A program made the translations under genes and the position numbers. A DNA stretch of 64,000 nt from the NCBI GenBank assembly GCA_028534125.1, contig CM052817.1, positions 2,916,001 through 2,980,000 on the forward strand, in the 5' to 3' direction. Under the pieces are notes generated by a model. It had not been told where the DNA came from and searched no databases. It saw only the letters and a list, made by a program, of their open reading frames with translations. Source of the stretch: Lama glama (lineage: Eukaryota). This document shows, piece after piece, positions 22,561-35,430 of the stretch. Numbering within the stretch: position 1 is the stretch's first letter; each line of letters opens with the position of its first letter.

Positions 22561-24254
22561 GTTGTGTCCCCAGCTGCTCCTGGTAGAGGCAGGAACAGGT
22601 GGACACACGTGGACGTCATGTCGGAGAGCCACGGGGACCCTCCTACTACACCTGGCATGGCATGGAGACCTGGGGAAAGGTGGCCCTGGGTCAGGGCAGG
22701 AGGGCTCCATGGAGGAGGGCCACATGCCCAGGGTCCTCCCCTAACCAGGTCAGGGTGGCCGGCGCCAGCTCCTGGATTCTGGACCCGCTGTCAGCTGGCC
22801 CTGGGGCTGCCGGGAGCCCGCTCCGTCCAGGCTGGACAGCAGCAACAACCTCTGCCCTCAGCCCAGAGGCCAGCCTGTGATGATCGCCGGCCACAGGCCC
22901 AGCAGCGGGAGGCCCTCTGGACTCTGGGTGCTGGTGGCCAGGCGGCCGGAGTTGGCTTCCTGGACCCATTTTCACAGATGCTTTGGGAACATTTGGGGCA
23001 GAGGCCGGCAGCCCAAGAGCTACCCTCTTAGCGCTGCGGCCTGGGCTGGTGCGGCTCTGGGCCTGCCCCTCTGTGTCCTGGGACAGGATCCAGGCCCTGG
23101 TCATGCCCTGCTTGTCCCTTGTTCCAGCCCCACCCCCGCCCCCAGAGCCTCCTCTGCCTCACCAGAGAGGTGAGAATAAGCCCCGGGCCTGGGTGGCACC
23201 GGGCAGCAAGTGGCCGGGCGGGCACGGACGGCTTTCCCTGGGCGCTCGGTCCCCGTAGAGAGAGCTCTCCCGGCCAGCCGGCCGCTCCCGGCCTGGGCAG
23301 AGGGAGAGAGGTGCACTTCTCTGTGGTGTTCATTGCTCGCGAGTCAGTTTACAAGCATGAACCAGCCGGACCCGGTCAGCTCCGGGCGGCCCTGTGGGGC
23401 CGGCTCGGTGGGCGGCCAGCCCCATAAGAAGTACAGGGGGGCTGACGTCTCTAGCTGAGTCCCGCCTCCAGGTGGGCGTGGCCCCACTGTGACCTAGCAG
23501 TCCAGGTGAGAGCTCACTCACCGATCTTGAGGGCCACTCAGCAGTCACCTACCTGGTGCCCCTCATGCCAGGCCCAGCAGGCTCTGGGATGCCCGGGAGC
23601 CAGCTCCATCCCTGCCTCCAGTTGCTCTCCAGCAACAGGGGCCAGCACCAGGGCCTGTGCACGGCCAAGCCAAGGGATGGAGGGCACTCCTTTCTCGCTG
23701 CCTGGAAGGTCTCCATCAGTGCCTGCCCGGCCCCACCCCCAGAGGGGGACGGATGCTCCCCAGGACGAGGATGCGCATCTGCTGAGGATGCCCTGGGGGG
23801 AACCGTCAAAAGACTGTGGTCCTAACTGCCCATCCTAAGTGTTCTGGGCATTGGCGCATATGGTCATTCACCTCACAGCCACTGAGCACCTTCCAGACTG
23901 GGTGCCAGGAATGTACAGATAAATAGACCAGCAGGCCCCTGCCCTACAGGCTCTCCCATCATTGGGGCAGCGGCGCAGGGGAGACAGATGTGGGGTGGGC
24001 AGGCTTCAGGGTGCAGGATGCTTGCCTGTGACAGTGGGAGGGACGGGGCCAGCTGGATGGGCCTGGATGGGGGAGGGAGAGGAAGAGGCCAGTTTCCTGA
24101 AGCTGAGACTTGACAGGTGGGCGGGAGGTGGGTCACAGGGCCCAGCCCTGTTCTGGCTCTGTGTCCCAAGTCTGAGGAGCCAGCAATCTGCTGGGAATCA
24201 AATGAGGGTTTCAGAGCCAGATGGGAGAGCAAGCGCTGGTGTTGGAGTTGGCCC

Positions 24255-24400
24255 TGCCTCTGCCCAGCTGTGTGACCTTGGGCAAATCACTAGCCCTCTC
24301 TGAGCCTCAGATCCTCAGCTTTAATATGGAGATGAGTGGGTGTTGACTTCTCACATGGTGTCCACTGGGCTCGTGTGTGACCTTAATGAGGCAGGTGCTG
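24255..24400 (+). mobile_element. MIR SINE
   Basis: MIR core GCTGTGTGACCTTGGGCAAATCACTAGCCCTCTCTGAGCCTCAG. Confidence 0.7.
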
Positions 24401-25699
24401 TCATAGGACAGAGCTACCCAGGGCTGGCTGAGCGGCAGGGACGGGGCTGGGTGAGCGGCCCGGCCCTTTGCTGGTGTGAACAAGGCCCCAGGGAACACAG
24501 CTGGGTATTAAGCTTGATTGTGAGTCTCCTTTGAGCGAACTGGAACCCGAGTAGGGAGGAAGTGAGGGAGAGCCCAGGCCTCCCGGCTCGGCCCCCTCAC
24601 GTCTGGGCTCCCCGCCCTGCAAGGACGCGGCGGGCGCGCTGCTCCTCTCCCGGGCTGAGAGCTGGGCACAGGGAGGGGGGCAGCGTGCAGCCGCCCTGCT
24701 GCCTGCCCGGCACCCCGAAACGTTCCATGGCAGACCCAGACCCCACCCCCACCTCTCAAGGTCACGCTGGTAATAACCCCAGGGCCGCCCCACCTGTGCC
24801 GGGAAGCGTCCCTCAGGGCCTGGGGGAGTCTTGGGCTGCAGCTTTCAGCGTCCGGGCACTTTTCTTTCAAAACACCCAATGCCAGTCTGCTCTGCAAACA
24901 AGGGGCTTCCCACTGTGAGCAGGAAGAATGACTTGAACAGAAGTAAAAGTAAGGATGGTTTCTCGGTGCCAAGCAAGGGCCAGGCCAGGTCTCTGAGTCT
25001 TCAGAAATAGACGGTGCCTTTCAGGCAGGTGTTTGCACGTCACAGAGAAGGAAGCTGAGACTCAGAGGCTTAAATGTGTACGTACGTCATTTTTGCCTAG
25101 GAAAACAGGCGACCTGGCCACAGGGACAGCGAGAAAGACAGGCCCTGTGTTACCTTCCTCAGATGACACTGTCACCTTTGCAACGTCGCATGGCGTCACG
25201 TCTTACTGGGGGTGGCTGAGCCTCAGGACTGCACACGGGGTCAGGCTCAGCTCCTCGGGGGACCCCAGCCCCTGCCGGCCTTTACAAGCCTGTGGTCTGC
25301 GGGGACAGGCAGACCCCCGAGGCGATGCCCCACCCCACACGTGTATCCGGGCCGAGTGGCCCAGGGGCAGCAGGGCAGGCCTCGAGGAGGATGTTGGGGC
25401 GACGACGGGGGACAAGGAGAGGGGACGGACCGGTGACGAGTGGCTGAGCGCAGAGCTGACCCAGGAGCATCATGCCCTCTCCCCTTCTCTTTCCTGTCTG
25501 GATGCAGAGCCAGGTGTGCAGTCAGGTTTACCTGGGCGCCACCCCCTGTGCCTTCCAGGTCTGTCCCTCCCACTGCCGTGTCGGCCTCCTGTCCAGTCCT
25601 GGTGTCGGCCCATCCTCGCCGGTGTTGTGCTGAGTGTAGGAGCCGCTGGAGGGGTCGTCGCCTGGAGGGGAGGGGAGGGGGGCTCCATGGCAGATGCCA

Positions 25700-26062
25700 G
25701 CATCCTGGTGCTGCCATATAAAATGCCACAGACGGGGAGCTTGCACAGCAGAAATGAGTCTCTCACAGTCCTGGAGGCTGGAAGTCCCAGTTCAAGGTGC
25801 CATCAAGGCTGGTTTCTCCTGAGGCCCCTCTCCTTGGCGTGTAGACGGCTGTCTTCTCCCTGTGTCCCCATCCTTCTGTGCGTATCAGTGTCCTCTTCTT
25901 ATAAGGATGCCAGTCAGATTGGAGGCAGGCCTGCCCTAAAGACCCCATTTTAATTTAATTACATCTTTAAATGTCCTATTTCCAAATACAGTCACATTCC
26001 AGGATCCTGGGGCGTTAAGACTTAAACATACGCGTTTTGGAGGGACACAGTTCCGTTCATCA
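25700..26062 (-). mobile_element. MLT1 (MaLR) solo LTR
   Basis: TCTCACAGTCCTGGAGGCTGGAAGTCC, TTCTCCTGAGGCC..TCTCCTTGGCGTGTAGACGGCTGTCTTCTCCCTGTGTCC, CCAAATACAGTCACATTC. Confidence 0.8.
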
Positions 26063-27033
26063 TGTAGCCCCTCCCTGGCTGCTAGCACCACTGCAGCGGG
26101 TGTGGACCATGAAACGGGCTGGGCAGAGTTCCAGGGGGTGGGGGGAAGGGGTCTGATTAGACAAGAGAGAAGCTATGGGCAGCTGGGCAGAGGGATGCCC
26201 TTCATGGAGATGGGTTCCATTTAGACAGGGGCAGTGGGAGGCGTGGAAAGTTAGGCAAGTAAGTGGTCCCAGCAGTGAGGGCTAGACCAGGAGTGGGTCC
26301 AGGAGCTGCCAGGCCACGCCTCCAGGTGGGGATGGGCACAGGCAAAGCTTGTAGGGTGGGAGCTGGAGGAAGACTGAGTCCACACAGAGATGGGGGCTTG
26401 ACTCGAGGAGCAAAGGAGGTGGACGATCTGGGAAACGGTGCCCTCAGGGCTGCAGGAGTTGCAGTGGGGAGGGAGGAGAGGTGGGAATGTGTCCCAGCAG
26501 CAGTGGGCATTGGAGAAGCCGGTCACAGATGTGACAGCCGCCAAGTCAGACAACAAAGCCCCGGCTGGCAGAATGAGCTGCAACACGGCCACTGTAATAG
26601 AGGTGGATGTCGTTACGAGGTAAATGTTTCTGGACAACAAATTTCTGGGTAGCGAAATTCTGGGTGAGAGAGGTGGCCTTTGCTGGCGGAGCACACAGAA
26701 TCCCTGAAAAAGCATCACTTGCTCCCACCCTCCGAAAAACAGATGATTTTGGCACCTGAGAGCCTGGTCATCGTGGAAGTGTCTCTGGCGGCACCGAGAG
26801 TGGTCCTGCTTTGTTTGCAGCCAGTGTCACCTGCTGTGTCTTCCAATTATAGCTTTCCCCTTGTTTATTTAAGCCTACGTGTTTATTTTAAGAATTCTTT
26901 CAACCTGCAAATAAAAAGAAGTCTCTCGGGAGCCAGCCTCTCTGTCGGCGTGTGACTCGTAATAATTGCCTCTGGAAGGGTCTTCATGTCGACAGAGTCT
27001 GCTTCAGTCTCCGCCTGTCTCCTCCTTTTCCAG

Positions 27034-27111
27034 GAAACCAGAACTTCTTCAGAGAGCATCATTTCTGTACCTGCGTCCAGCGCCTCAGGGTCCCCGAGCC
27101 GCGTGATCTAT
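27034..27111 (+). CDS. ABLIM2: ABLIM2 coding exon (exon 9 equivalent)
   Basis: ccttttccag|GAA acceptor, TAT|gtaagt donor, 78 nt. Encodes ETRTSSESIISVPASSASGSPSRVIY. Confidence 0.97.
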
Positions 27112-27538
27112 GTAAGTTGGGTTCTTTCTGTGGAGTGTGGGGAGGGGACGAGGGGCCTGGGGTGGTTGCTGAGCGTGTCCTTGGGGCTGGGCCTCCTCGC
27201 GGGGTGGGGCCAGCTCTCCCGTCCCTGCTGCTGGCAGGCTGGTGCAGACTCTGAGGCTGACCTGGAGCCTTTGACGAGCACATGTTGTGTGACCCAGCGG
27301 CTGCCCCGTTATGTGGCAGCAGGTGCACAGAGAGGTGTGCCCCCAGCTGTGCTCACAGTGGTGTGAATGGCATGGCGTCTGCATCCTGCGGCCGGGACTG
27401 GGATGAATGAGTGATGCCTGGGCACACGTCACGAATGATGGTGCAGATCTGTCCAGTTGCTATGGCAAGTGTTCCTAACGTGGCCCCGGAAGCAGCACGT
27501 TGAGGATGATATGTCATGTGATCCCATGTCCGTTACTC

Positions 27539-27594
27539 TGTGTGTGCATGTGTGCATAGGTACGTGTGTGTGTGAGAGTGTGTGTGTGTGTGTG
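27539..27594. repeat. (TG)n microsatellite, interrupted
   Basis: TGTGTGTGCATGTGTGC...TGTGTGTGTGTGTGTG. Confidence 0.85.
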
Positions 27595-28279
27595 CACTCA
27601 TAGAAATACAAAATGTTTGGGAACATTTTAACTAATTGTTTGTGGCAACTACCCCTGGGCCGTGGGGTTAGGAATGGAAGGCTGTGACAATTATTTGCTA
27701 CTTTGCTTGTCTAAGTAGCAAACTTTACTGTCTGGGGAGGAGCCTGGGGCACAGGGTGAGGTCTAGGGGGAGGGGGCGAGTCCTGGACTGGGCGTCCTGG
27801 TCCAGCTCCACCGCTGAAGGACAGCCTCGGGACAAGTCAACTCCCCCATCCCCCGCCCTGACCCCCGGCCAGGACTTTGTTTTCCTCTAACTCTTTGGGT
27901 ATCAGATTCATGCTCTCAATGCCGCTTTTCAGCCCAGAAACTCTTGTTCTGGTTGGACACAGGGCCATTCCCAACCCTGATTCTGATGGAGAATGATAAC
28001 AAACATTCTGGTCTGGAGAGTGAATTGCAGGATGGCCCTTTGCAAATGCAAACCCAGAGGCCCAGAGAGGCAGCATGAAGTCATCAGACCAGCTGTGTGC
28101 CCTTGGGCGAGGTGTTAGCCTCTCTGAGCCTCTGGGACCTCACCTATACCTGGGGACCCACAGCACCTGCTGCCCAGGGCCACCAGGGTAGAGTGGGAGG
28201 CCCTGGGACACAACTCTGGGCCCAGACGGAGGACTCAGGAAACACCTGCTGGGATTACTGTTACGACATCGGTGCCCAT

Positions 28280-28645
28280 CTGCTGGGGGCGCCGTAACAA
28301 GCATCGCAGACCAGGGGGCTTAAACCCTTCTCACAGTCCTGGAGGCCGGGAGTCTGAGTCAGGGTGTCGGGAGGTTCGGCTTCTCCTGAGGCCTCTCTCC
28401 TGGGCGTGTAGACAGCCGTCTTCTCCCTGCGTCCTCACATGGTCGTCCCTCTGTGCGTGTCTGTGTCCTAATCTCCTCCTCTCAGAAGGACCCCAGGCAT
28501 ATGGGACCAGGGCCCACCCTAATGACCTCATTTTACCTTAATTACTTCTTTAAATGCCTGTCTCCTAATACAGTTACATTCTGAGGTGCTGGGGGCTAGG
28601 GCTTCAACATACAAGTTCAGGGGGACATGATTCAACCCGTGATGC
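28280..28645 (-). mobile_element. MLT1 (MaLR) solo LTR
   Basis: Same motifs as 25700-26062: TCTCACAGTCCTGGAGGC, TTCTCCTGAGGCCTCTCTCC, AATACAGTTACATTCTGAGGTGCTGGGGGCTAGGGCTTCAACATA. Confidence 0.8.
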
Positions 28646-29587
28646 CATCCTTATCGTGAGCAACAATAATAATGAATGTTGTTGCGTGAGTGAGACAGCG
28701 TCTGTGAAGCAGTCAGCACCGAGCCTGGTGTGACCGGGTCCACAGACAGTAGCAGCTTTGCTGAGGCAACTGCTCAGTAAACACGAGCTGTTATTGTTAT
28801 AAGAAACTGGTGTTTGCAGGGGGCTTAGGTACCGCAGTGACCACGTGGCTGTGCAGTGAGCAGGGGCACCGGCCTCTGGGTTGCTTTTACTTTAAAGGCT
28901 GTATAGCAGTAAGCAGTGGAGCTGGGCTCTGAGCCCGGGTCTCTGTCACCCCCAAAGCATGTGGGGTGCTGAAAACCAGCCCTGCTGGGCCCCTTCTTCC
29001 ACCAGGCTGTTCTGTGCACAGCCAAGTCCATACCCCTTGATTGGCTCGCATGGCGTCCCCACCCTTGGGGAACACGAGCTTGCCAAGGAACCACCAGTGC
29101 AAAGAAGTTTCCCTGCCAGCTGTGTGTGCCTTCAAGCAAGGTAGAGCCCAGCTGGTCGCACCATCCCAGAACAGATAAACTTCTTGCTCAACAAATACAT
29201 GTGCACTGGAGTCCAGTTTTAAACAGAAGGCTTCAGGCAAATTAATATCCAGTCTCCTGAACCTGAACCGCTAGTTCCCAATTTGACACAATGGAGGTGC
29301 CTTGAGTACCGGGTGCAAAGAGTGTGCCCTGCTGCCTCCTCCTGTCTCTCAGCCTCCCACTTCTCAGCTGCAGCTCAGAGAGGTGCCAAAGCTGCTCTGT
29401 GTCACATCCTCCTCTAAGCCACGGAGCCACCAGAAGAGGACAGGCATCCGGTTCCAACACAGGGACTCCAGCACCATGGCCAGCGCCCAGCCTGGCCACA
29501 TCCCACCTTCCCCGGGGCCAGGCAGGCTCCGTGGCTGTCCCTCCCAAGTCATGGTGTCAGCACCAGCGGGCAGTGCACATCCATGGG

Positions 29588-29720
29588 ATTTCTTTCTTTC
29601 GCTTTGTTTTGTTTCAGGGTGGGGAAGGAAATTAGTTGTTTTGTTTTGTTTTAATGACTGTGCTGGGGATTGAGCTCAGCCAGGCATGCGCTCTACCACT
29701 GAGCTGTCTATACCCTCCCT
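29588..29720 (-). mobile_element. tRNA-derived SINE (camelid Vic-1-like), internally deleted
   Basis: T-rich tail then GCTGGGGATTGAGCTCAG...GCATGCGCTCTACCACTGAGCTGTCTATACCCTCCCC. Confidence 0.75.
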
Positions 29721-32069
29721 GCCAGAACTCCTTTACTGAGGAGGTAAGAGTCCAATCAAGGGCACCCTAGTCTCAGGCCCTGCCCCTGCTCTTCCTTCCG
29801 TCTCCCTGCTGGTATCTGCCATCACCCGACTGTGCACTGACTCTGCTCAGTGCTGGGCACACTCAGGACCTCAGGACGATGTCCCCAGTCCAGGCACCAG
29901 CTCAGTGTGCTTTGAAGGGTGCCAGCCCCCCGGCACCCGTCTGCTGTGGGGTGGTTGTCAGCGAATGCAGCTTCCTCTCCCTCCCCGCACTGGTCAGGAA
30001 GAGATCAGCTCCCCAGGGATACCCCTGGGTGCAGGAATTCACCGTGTGTTGTGGCTACTGTCTCCTGGTGGCCAGACGCTGTGCCTCATTCACCTTAGCA
30101 CCCAGGATAAAACATGCACACAGTCGGTTCTCAATACACTGTGGGGTTTTTTTAAAGTCATCTTTTCATTACCTTTTTTCCTTATTAGAAAAGTAATCCA
30201 CATTTATTAGGAAAAAATAGTGATTGATGCAAAGGCAAAAATGAATCCCATTTCTAATCCTCCAGCCAGAGGAGCCACTGCTCATATTTTGGAGTATGCC
30301 CGTTAGGTCTCTTTTTCTCTGGGGATGTGTTTTTTGTTTTGTTTTGTTTTTTTAACAAAATGGGGTCACGTTGAGTGTACTGTTTGTAACCTTTCTTCAC
30401 CGTGGCACTAAAACGGTGAGTTGGTGTCGCTGAAAGCAGCATTGTCAGATTACGGTACATTGTTATTGACCGGGTTATGCTGCAGTTGCAGCATCACACA
30501 TGGCCATTTCCCTGTTCCTACTTGCTGTGCTGGAGAGAGTGCAGGAGAGAAGAAAGCTAAGGGAAAACACTTGTACACACACCCCTCTGGTGGCCATCCG
30601 CCAATTAGAGAGCGTAGCCCATTGTCACAGCAACCGCCCGGGACTTAGATACCAGGGACCGGATCTGTGAGCCCTGCGGGCAGGACAGACACTGGGGAGG
30701 CCTGAGCACTGCACGTAGCCGCCCAGCTGGGGGTCGGCAGGCCTCTTTCTGAGCCGGGATGTGTTGGTAACAGTTGGCCTTGTCAAGCTGCCTCCCTGAT
30801 CTATGTTGTCGGGGTGAACCCAGGGCAAGGCGAGCTTTGCTGACCGTGCACCTGGGACTGAGAGAGCCAGCGGGCGGCTGAATGCTGTGACTACAGAGGG
30901 ACAGAGGTGGGCGGGGTGGGCACCTGTAAATGCCGGCCCCCTCTCCCAGCCCCCACGGCAGCATCGCCCTCTGTGTACGGCTGTACTGACGTTCACAAAA
31001 TCCAGCAGGTGGACAAGGCGCAGGCGGTATTCCCAATTTTCGGGGGGAGACAAAAAAGACACAGCGAATCTGCCCAGCCTTGGCTAATGCATGACTGATT
31101 TTAATTTGATTTGGCGTGCTTGCCCCAGAACCTTGGCCATGCCAAGCCTGGAGTTAGGGAGACGGACTCCGTGGGGAATCAGAGCCCTGGTCCCCTGGGG
31201 GCCACCAGTCCTGGGCCTGGCGGGCTAGAGCAGGGGGAACCGAAGCAGATGCGCCAACAAAGATCAGCACCTTTGCATAAAGGAGAAAAACACCAACCCA
31301 GATGGCGGAGGGAGAGCAGGCTGGTCCCCTGGAGGGGGAGGCCTCAGCTAAGTCTACAAGGACCAGAGAGAGGACGAGTCAGGCAAAGAGGCCTGGGAAG
31401 GGCATGCTGGAGGGAGGGAACAGCGTGTGCCAAGCCCTCGGGCTCTGGCTGACTGGGCAACTGTCAGGAGTTCAGTGTGACAAGTGGCTTTGGGTGGGGG
31501 ATGGAGAGGCTGGGATAAGCGGATACACAAGGGCCAGACCCCCTGGGGCCTGAGTTCAGATTTCTCTTGAAGGCAGAGAGGAGCAGCTCAAAAATACTGC
31601 TCAGAGGGTATCGTAATCACAAATGACAGACTCAGGATGTAAACTCCGGTCTTCGAAACACTACCCAGGGCTCTGAAGGGGATTGCCAGAGCTCTAAAAC
31701 ATCAGGGATTCACTCTCTCAGCCTACATAGTAAATAACAGGGTTCATCTTGAGTACCCAGTGACTTATGAGAGCCTTGGAGTTGGGTGATCAGGGAAGGC
31801 TTCCTGGAGGAGGTGGACTGGGGCTGCTGGACCTCAGGGTGGACAAGAAAGCTGGAGCGTGGGGGCTGAGCCTGGCACACTGGGGGCACAAGGAGACACC
31901 TTAGGATGATCAGGCTGGAAACATCAGGGCCACGTTCAGGGATTGCAGTGAGGGCTATGCCGACCATCCCAGGAAGGGGCTGCCGCAGGTTGCGAGCTGG
32001 ACGACAGTGGATGCAGCTGGAGCTTGAGAGACCTGGCCTTGGCAGAGGGGAGAGTCGCGGCGGGAGCAC

Positions 32070-32260
32070 AGCTCTGGAGTCAAATAGCCTGTGTCTCTTC
32101 CCTGGCTGTGTGACTCTGGGCAAGTTACCTAACCCCTCTGGTCTCTGGTTTCGTCCTCTGTGAAGTGGAGATCCTGGCAGTGCCCCCTTCATGGGCTCAG
32201 CCCAGTGCTGTCCAGGGTGGAGTGCATAGTGCCACACTGCTGCTGCTGGTGGTAATATTT
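32070..32260 (+). mobile_element. MIR SINE
   Basis: GCTCTGGAGTCAAATAGCCTG...GGCTGTGTGACTCTGGGCAAGTTACCTAACCCCTCTG..TTTCGTCCTCTGTGAAGTGG. Confidence 0.65.
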
Positions 32261-33061
32261 GTTGGAAAAACTCTGGCAGGACAGCTCCCAGGAGGCTGTG
32301 GCTGGATCTCGATGCAGGCAGCGAGGGCCTAGATGGAGCCGCCTGGGGCTGGGAAGGGACAGCCAGTCCCATGGCAGAGAGGAGGGCAGGGTCTGTGCCG
32401 GCCTGGCCAGGGGCACTGAGGGAGGCCGGGGTTGAGATGAAGGTTCTTGCTGGGTTTTAGGGGTTGAGCCGAGCTGGTTGGGGCAGCCAGACTGGCCAGC
32501 TTTGCCTGTGGCTGGCCATGCCAGGCTGAGGTTAATCCTCAGAGGGGACACGGTGGGGCCAGAGGCAACCACGTGTGTCAGCTCCAGGAGGCACGGGAGC
32601 CCGGGCGCCCGCCCCGCTGGGACCTGGGCTGTGCCCGGAGTGCGCTGGCGATGCGTGTCCTCTCCTCCGCCGGGATCACGGACTGTACACCCCTGTCAGC
32701 ACCGGGGCGAGCAGCAGAGACTCCGGGACTGACACCGATATTTGGGGGTGAGCCTCAGCCCTGCTGTGAGGGCCAAGGGCCACGGGGTGCTTCTGCCCAG
32801 GCTGCTGCCCAGCTCCAGGACCTGTCCGAGCCCAGCATGCGCCCCCCAACCCACGTCCGCCCCCAGAGCTGGGAGGAGGGGCCGAGGGCAACAGAGCCTG
32901 TGGGCAGCGGATAACGCAGGGAAGGCCGGCCCAGCCACAGGGGAGCCAGCGGCCAGGCGGACCTCACCTGAGCACATGGGGTGGCCCCACAAGCGAGCAT
33001 CTCTGCAGTGACCCCACTGAGGACACCACAGCTGTCTGTCAAACATCAGTGCTCCAAAGCC

Positions 33062-33708
33062 CTGAGTGTGTGTGTGCGTGTGTGTGTGCACACGCGAGCG
33101 TGTGTGTGACTGTGGTCGTGGATGTGTGTGCACATGGGGGCGGTAGTGCAGGTGAGGTTCTGTGCGTTAGCACGTGTGCTAGTGTGCAGTGTGTGTGGGA
33201 GTGTGAATGGGTGTTTCTGCAGGTGTGGGTCTGTGGGAGCATAAGGGCACGCACAGGCTGTGTGAGTGTGTGTGCTGGTGGGGCTGGTGGGTGAAGGTGT
33301 GAGTGTGTATCTGCTCCCACAGTTGTAGGCAGGCACGTTCTCTCTGTGTGTACATGTATACATGGAGGTATGCATGCATGTATTTGTGTGTGCAAGCCTG
33401 CATGTACATGTGCTGGGTGTTTGCGTGTGCGTGCGCACATATGCATACATCATGTGTGTATTTAAAGGCATGTATGCGTGTGTGTCTTTATGTGTGCACC
33501 CGTGTGTGCATGCTTACCAATCTGTTGTGTGTATGTGTTTGTGTGCCTGCACACACATATTTGTGTACATGCATGTCTGTGTGTTTGTATGCACCCAAGT
33601 GTGTATTTGTGTGCACACATATATGTGCATATATGTGTGTCTTCTGTGCCTGCACACGGGTATCTGTGTGTGCACATGTGTGCACGCATGCACAGATGAG
33701 TGTGTGTT
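33062..33708. repeat. Long degenerate (TG)/(TGCA)-rich low-complexity tract (~650 bp)
   Basis: Continuous GTGT/GCAT/GCAC-rich sequence. Source of the His/Thr/Cys/Val-rich spurious ORFs. Confidence 0.9.
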
Positions 33709-33919
33709 TAGACCACAGGCCTAGTTCTCACTGTCTGTGGGGACGCAGACCCATATGACCATGAGGCTTCCCCGCCCCTAGGCCTTTGTCCCTTTGCCCC
33801 ATTTTGCTCAGACCCGGCTCCTGGGCGCTGACCCCACCATCCTCCCTGCGGCTGCCGGAGCACCTGCTGCCTCAGGTGTGGGTCTACCCAGCCCCTCCGC
33901 TCTTCCTCTCCTCTCGCAG

Positions 33920-34066
33920 GCGAAGCTGGGCGATGAGATTCTTGACTACCGAGACCTGGCTGCCCTCCCTAAGAACAAGGCTATCTACAACATTGACCGG
34001 CCCGACATGATCTCCTACTCGCCCTACATCAGCCACTCGGTGGGAGACAGGCAGAGCTACAGCGAG
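33920..34066 (+). CDS. ABLIM2: ABLIM2 coding exon (exon 10 equivalent), start of the dematin-like region
   Basis: ctctcgcag|GCG acceptor, GAG|gtacgc donor, 147 nt. Encodes AKLGDEILDYRDLAALPKNKAIYNIDRPDMISYSPYISHSVGDRQSYSE. Confidence 0.97.
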
Positions 34067-35397
34067 GTACGCCCTGCTGCAGGGGCCAATCGCTGTCCCT
34101 GGCATCGCAGTCACCACCCGTCCCTCAGGCCCGCTGTCACTCTGCATTGACGCCGGGCTTTTGTGCAGATCCACTTCCCATGGCCCAGCACATGGGGAAT
34201 GACTGCCCAGGAGGCAGATGAGAGGACAAGGCCGAGTGAGGACGTACTGGGCCAGGGCCGTGTGGCTCATGGGGCGGAGCTGGGGCTTGGGCCCCTGGTG
34301 GCTGACTTTGGTCATTGCTGCCTCCATGCTGGCTCCTGCCACTGTCCAGAGCGAGGTTTTGGGGTCCTGTCCATCCCCCACCTCCTGGGATCCCAAGGAC
34401 TCTCCCTCTCAGGGATCCTGCTCAGAGGTGGTTACTGTGGCCGCCCGTCTGTGGGTAAATGATGGGTGGGGCCTGGGAAGCCACAGGACATGGGTCAGGG
34501 TGCTGAGCTGAGCGGACACTGGCCTCAGGGATGAACACTTCACCTGATTCTCTAGAACTGCGGCCTTCCAGCCATCCATCCCCAGGGCGGGAATCTAGCA
34601 GTAAGAAGAGCAGTAGGCTGGCAGCACAGAGGTCTGCCAGCCCCTCTGAGCCTCGGTGTCCCCATCTGGGAAATGGGAAGAGTGGAAAACACGTTCCCCT
34701 TTCCATTCTAAGGGGACGGAAATGGTGCGAGAAAACTGCCTGGTCCCCCGGGGCTCCTCCTCAGAAACTCTCCGCAGCATCTCCCTCCCTGCCTCCCGGG
34801 TGTGAGGAGGCAGGTGAGCTTTGCTGCCGGAAGCTCAGTGTCCAGAACCCCTCCTGCTATGCACTGCCTCCCTGAGTCTGGGCGACACGTCTGTCTGTGG
34901 AGGATGGTATGCGCCTGCTGGAACAGGAGGTGCCTGGCTGGGGAGGCCACTCACCATGCTGCCGCAGGCAGACTGGACCTCATCCCAAACCCCGAGGCTC
35001 CTCTCTTCCTCTGCGCCCCTTTTCTCTGCTTTCTGAAGAAAATCGAGTGTGATGGGCTCACAGCACGTTGCCACTCGATGTCCTGAACCCACCGTCTTCC
35101 TTTTGGAAAGGTGTCTTTGTGGGAGAGCAGTGGGGGCAGGGATGGGGCAGGACGGAGACAAGGTCCAGGCTCTTCCGCACAAAACGCTGTCCTGGGAGCC
35201 TCTTTCTTGTGATGCCATTGACCATGCTTCTCCAAAAAGAAGGTTTTGGAGCTTGTGTCGGGTCTCATGGGGGCAGGGGTTCCCTTCCATTTGGAGGAGG
35301 GTCCCATGGTGTGGATGGGCCTGGGCCTGGGTGGTCTTGACCTCAAGTGACCCCCTGGGGCCCAGCACTAACAAGCTGCTCTGTGTTGTGTCCACAG

Positions 35398-35430
35398 CCC
35401 CCTCAGCTGCTCTCGCCAACGCTGACAGAG
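35398..35430 (+). CDS. ABLIM2: ABLIM2 33-nt alternative cassette exon (PPQLLSPTLTE)
   Basis: Branch-point-like CACTAAC at 35366-35372, gtccacag|CCC acceptor, GAG|gtaacc donor, phase 0-0. Resembles the SPQLLSPTPTE insert I recall from some ABLIM2 isoforms. Confidence 0.85.

Noticed and set aside
25033..25953. Longest ORF (306 aa)
   Set aside because: Non-ATG start, no domain, and its 3' third is antisense MLT1 LTR sequence.
25700..28645. MLT1 pair as the two LTRs of a provirus
   Set aside because: The interval contains an ancient ABLIM2 exon and no MaLR internal sequence, so these are independent solo LTRs.
30578..30597. CTCF-like motifs (also ~42349, ~50323, ~62967)
   Set aside because: Each has mismatches at core positions; such matches are common by chance in GC-rich DNA.
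33039..33758. His/Cys-rich ORFs resembling metal-binding proteins
   Set aside because: Translations of the TG/CA low-complexity tract.
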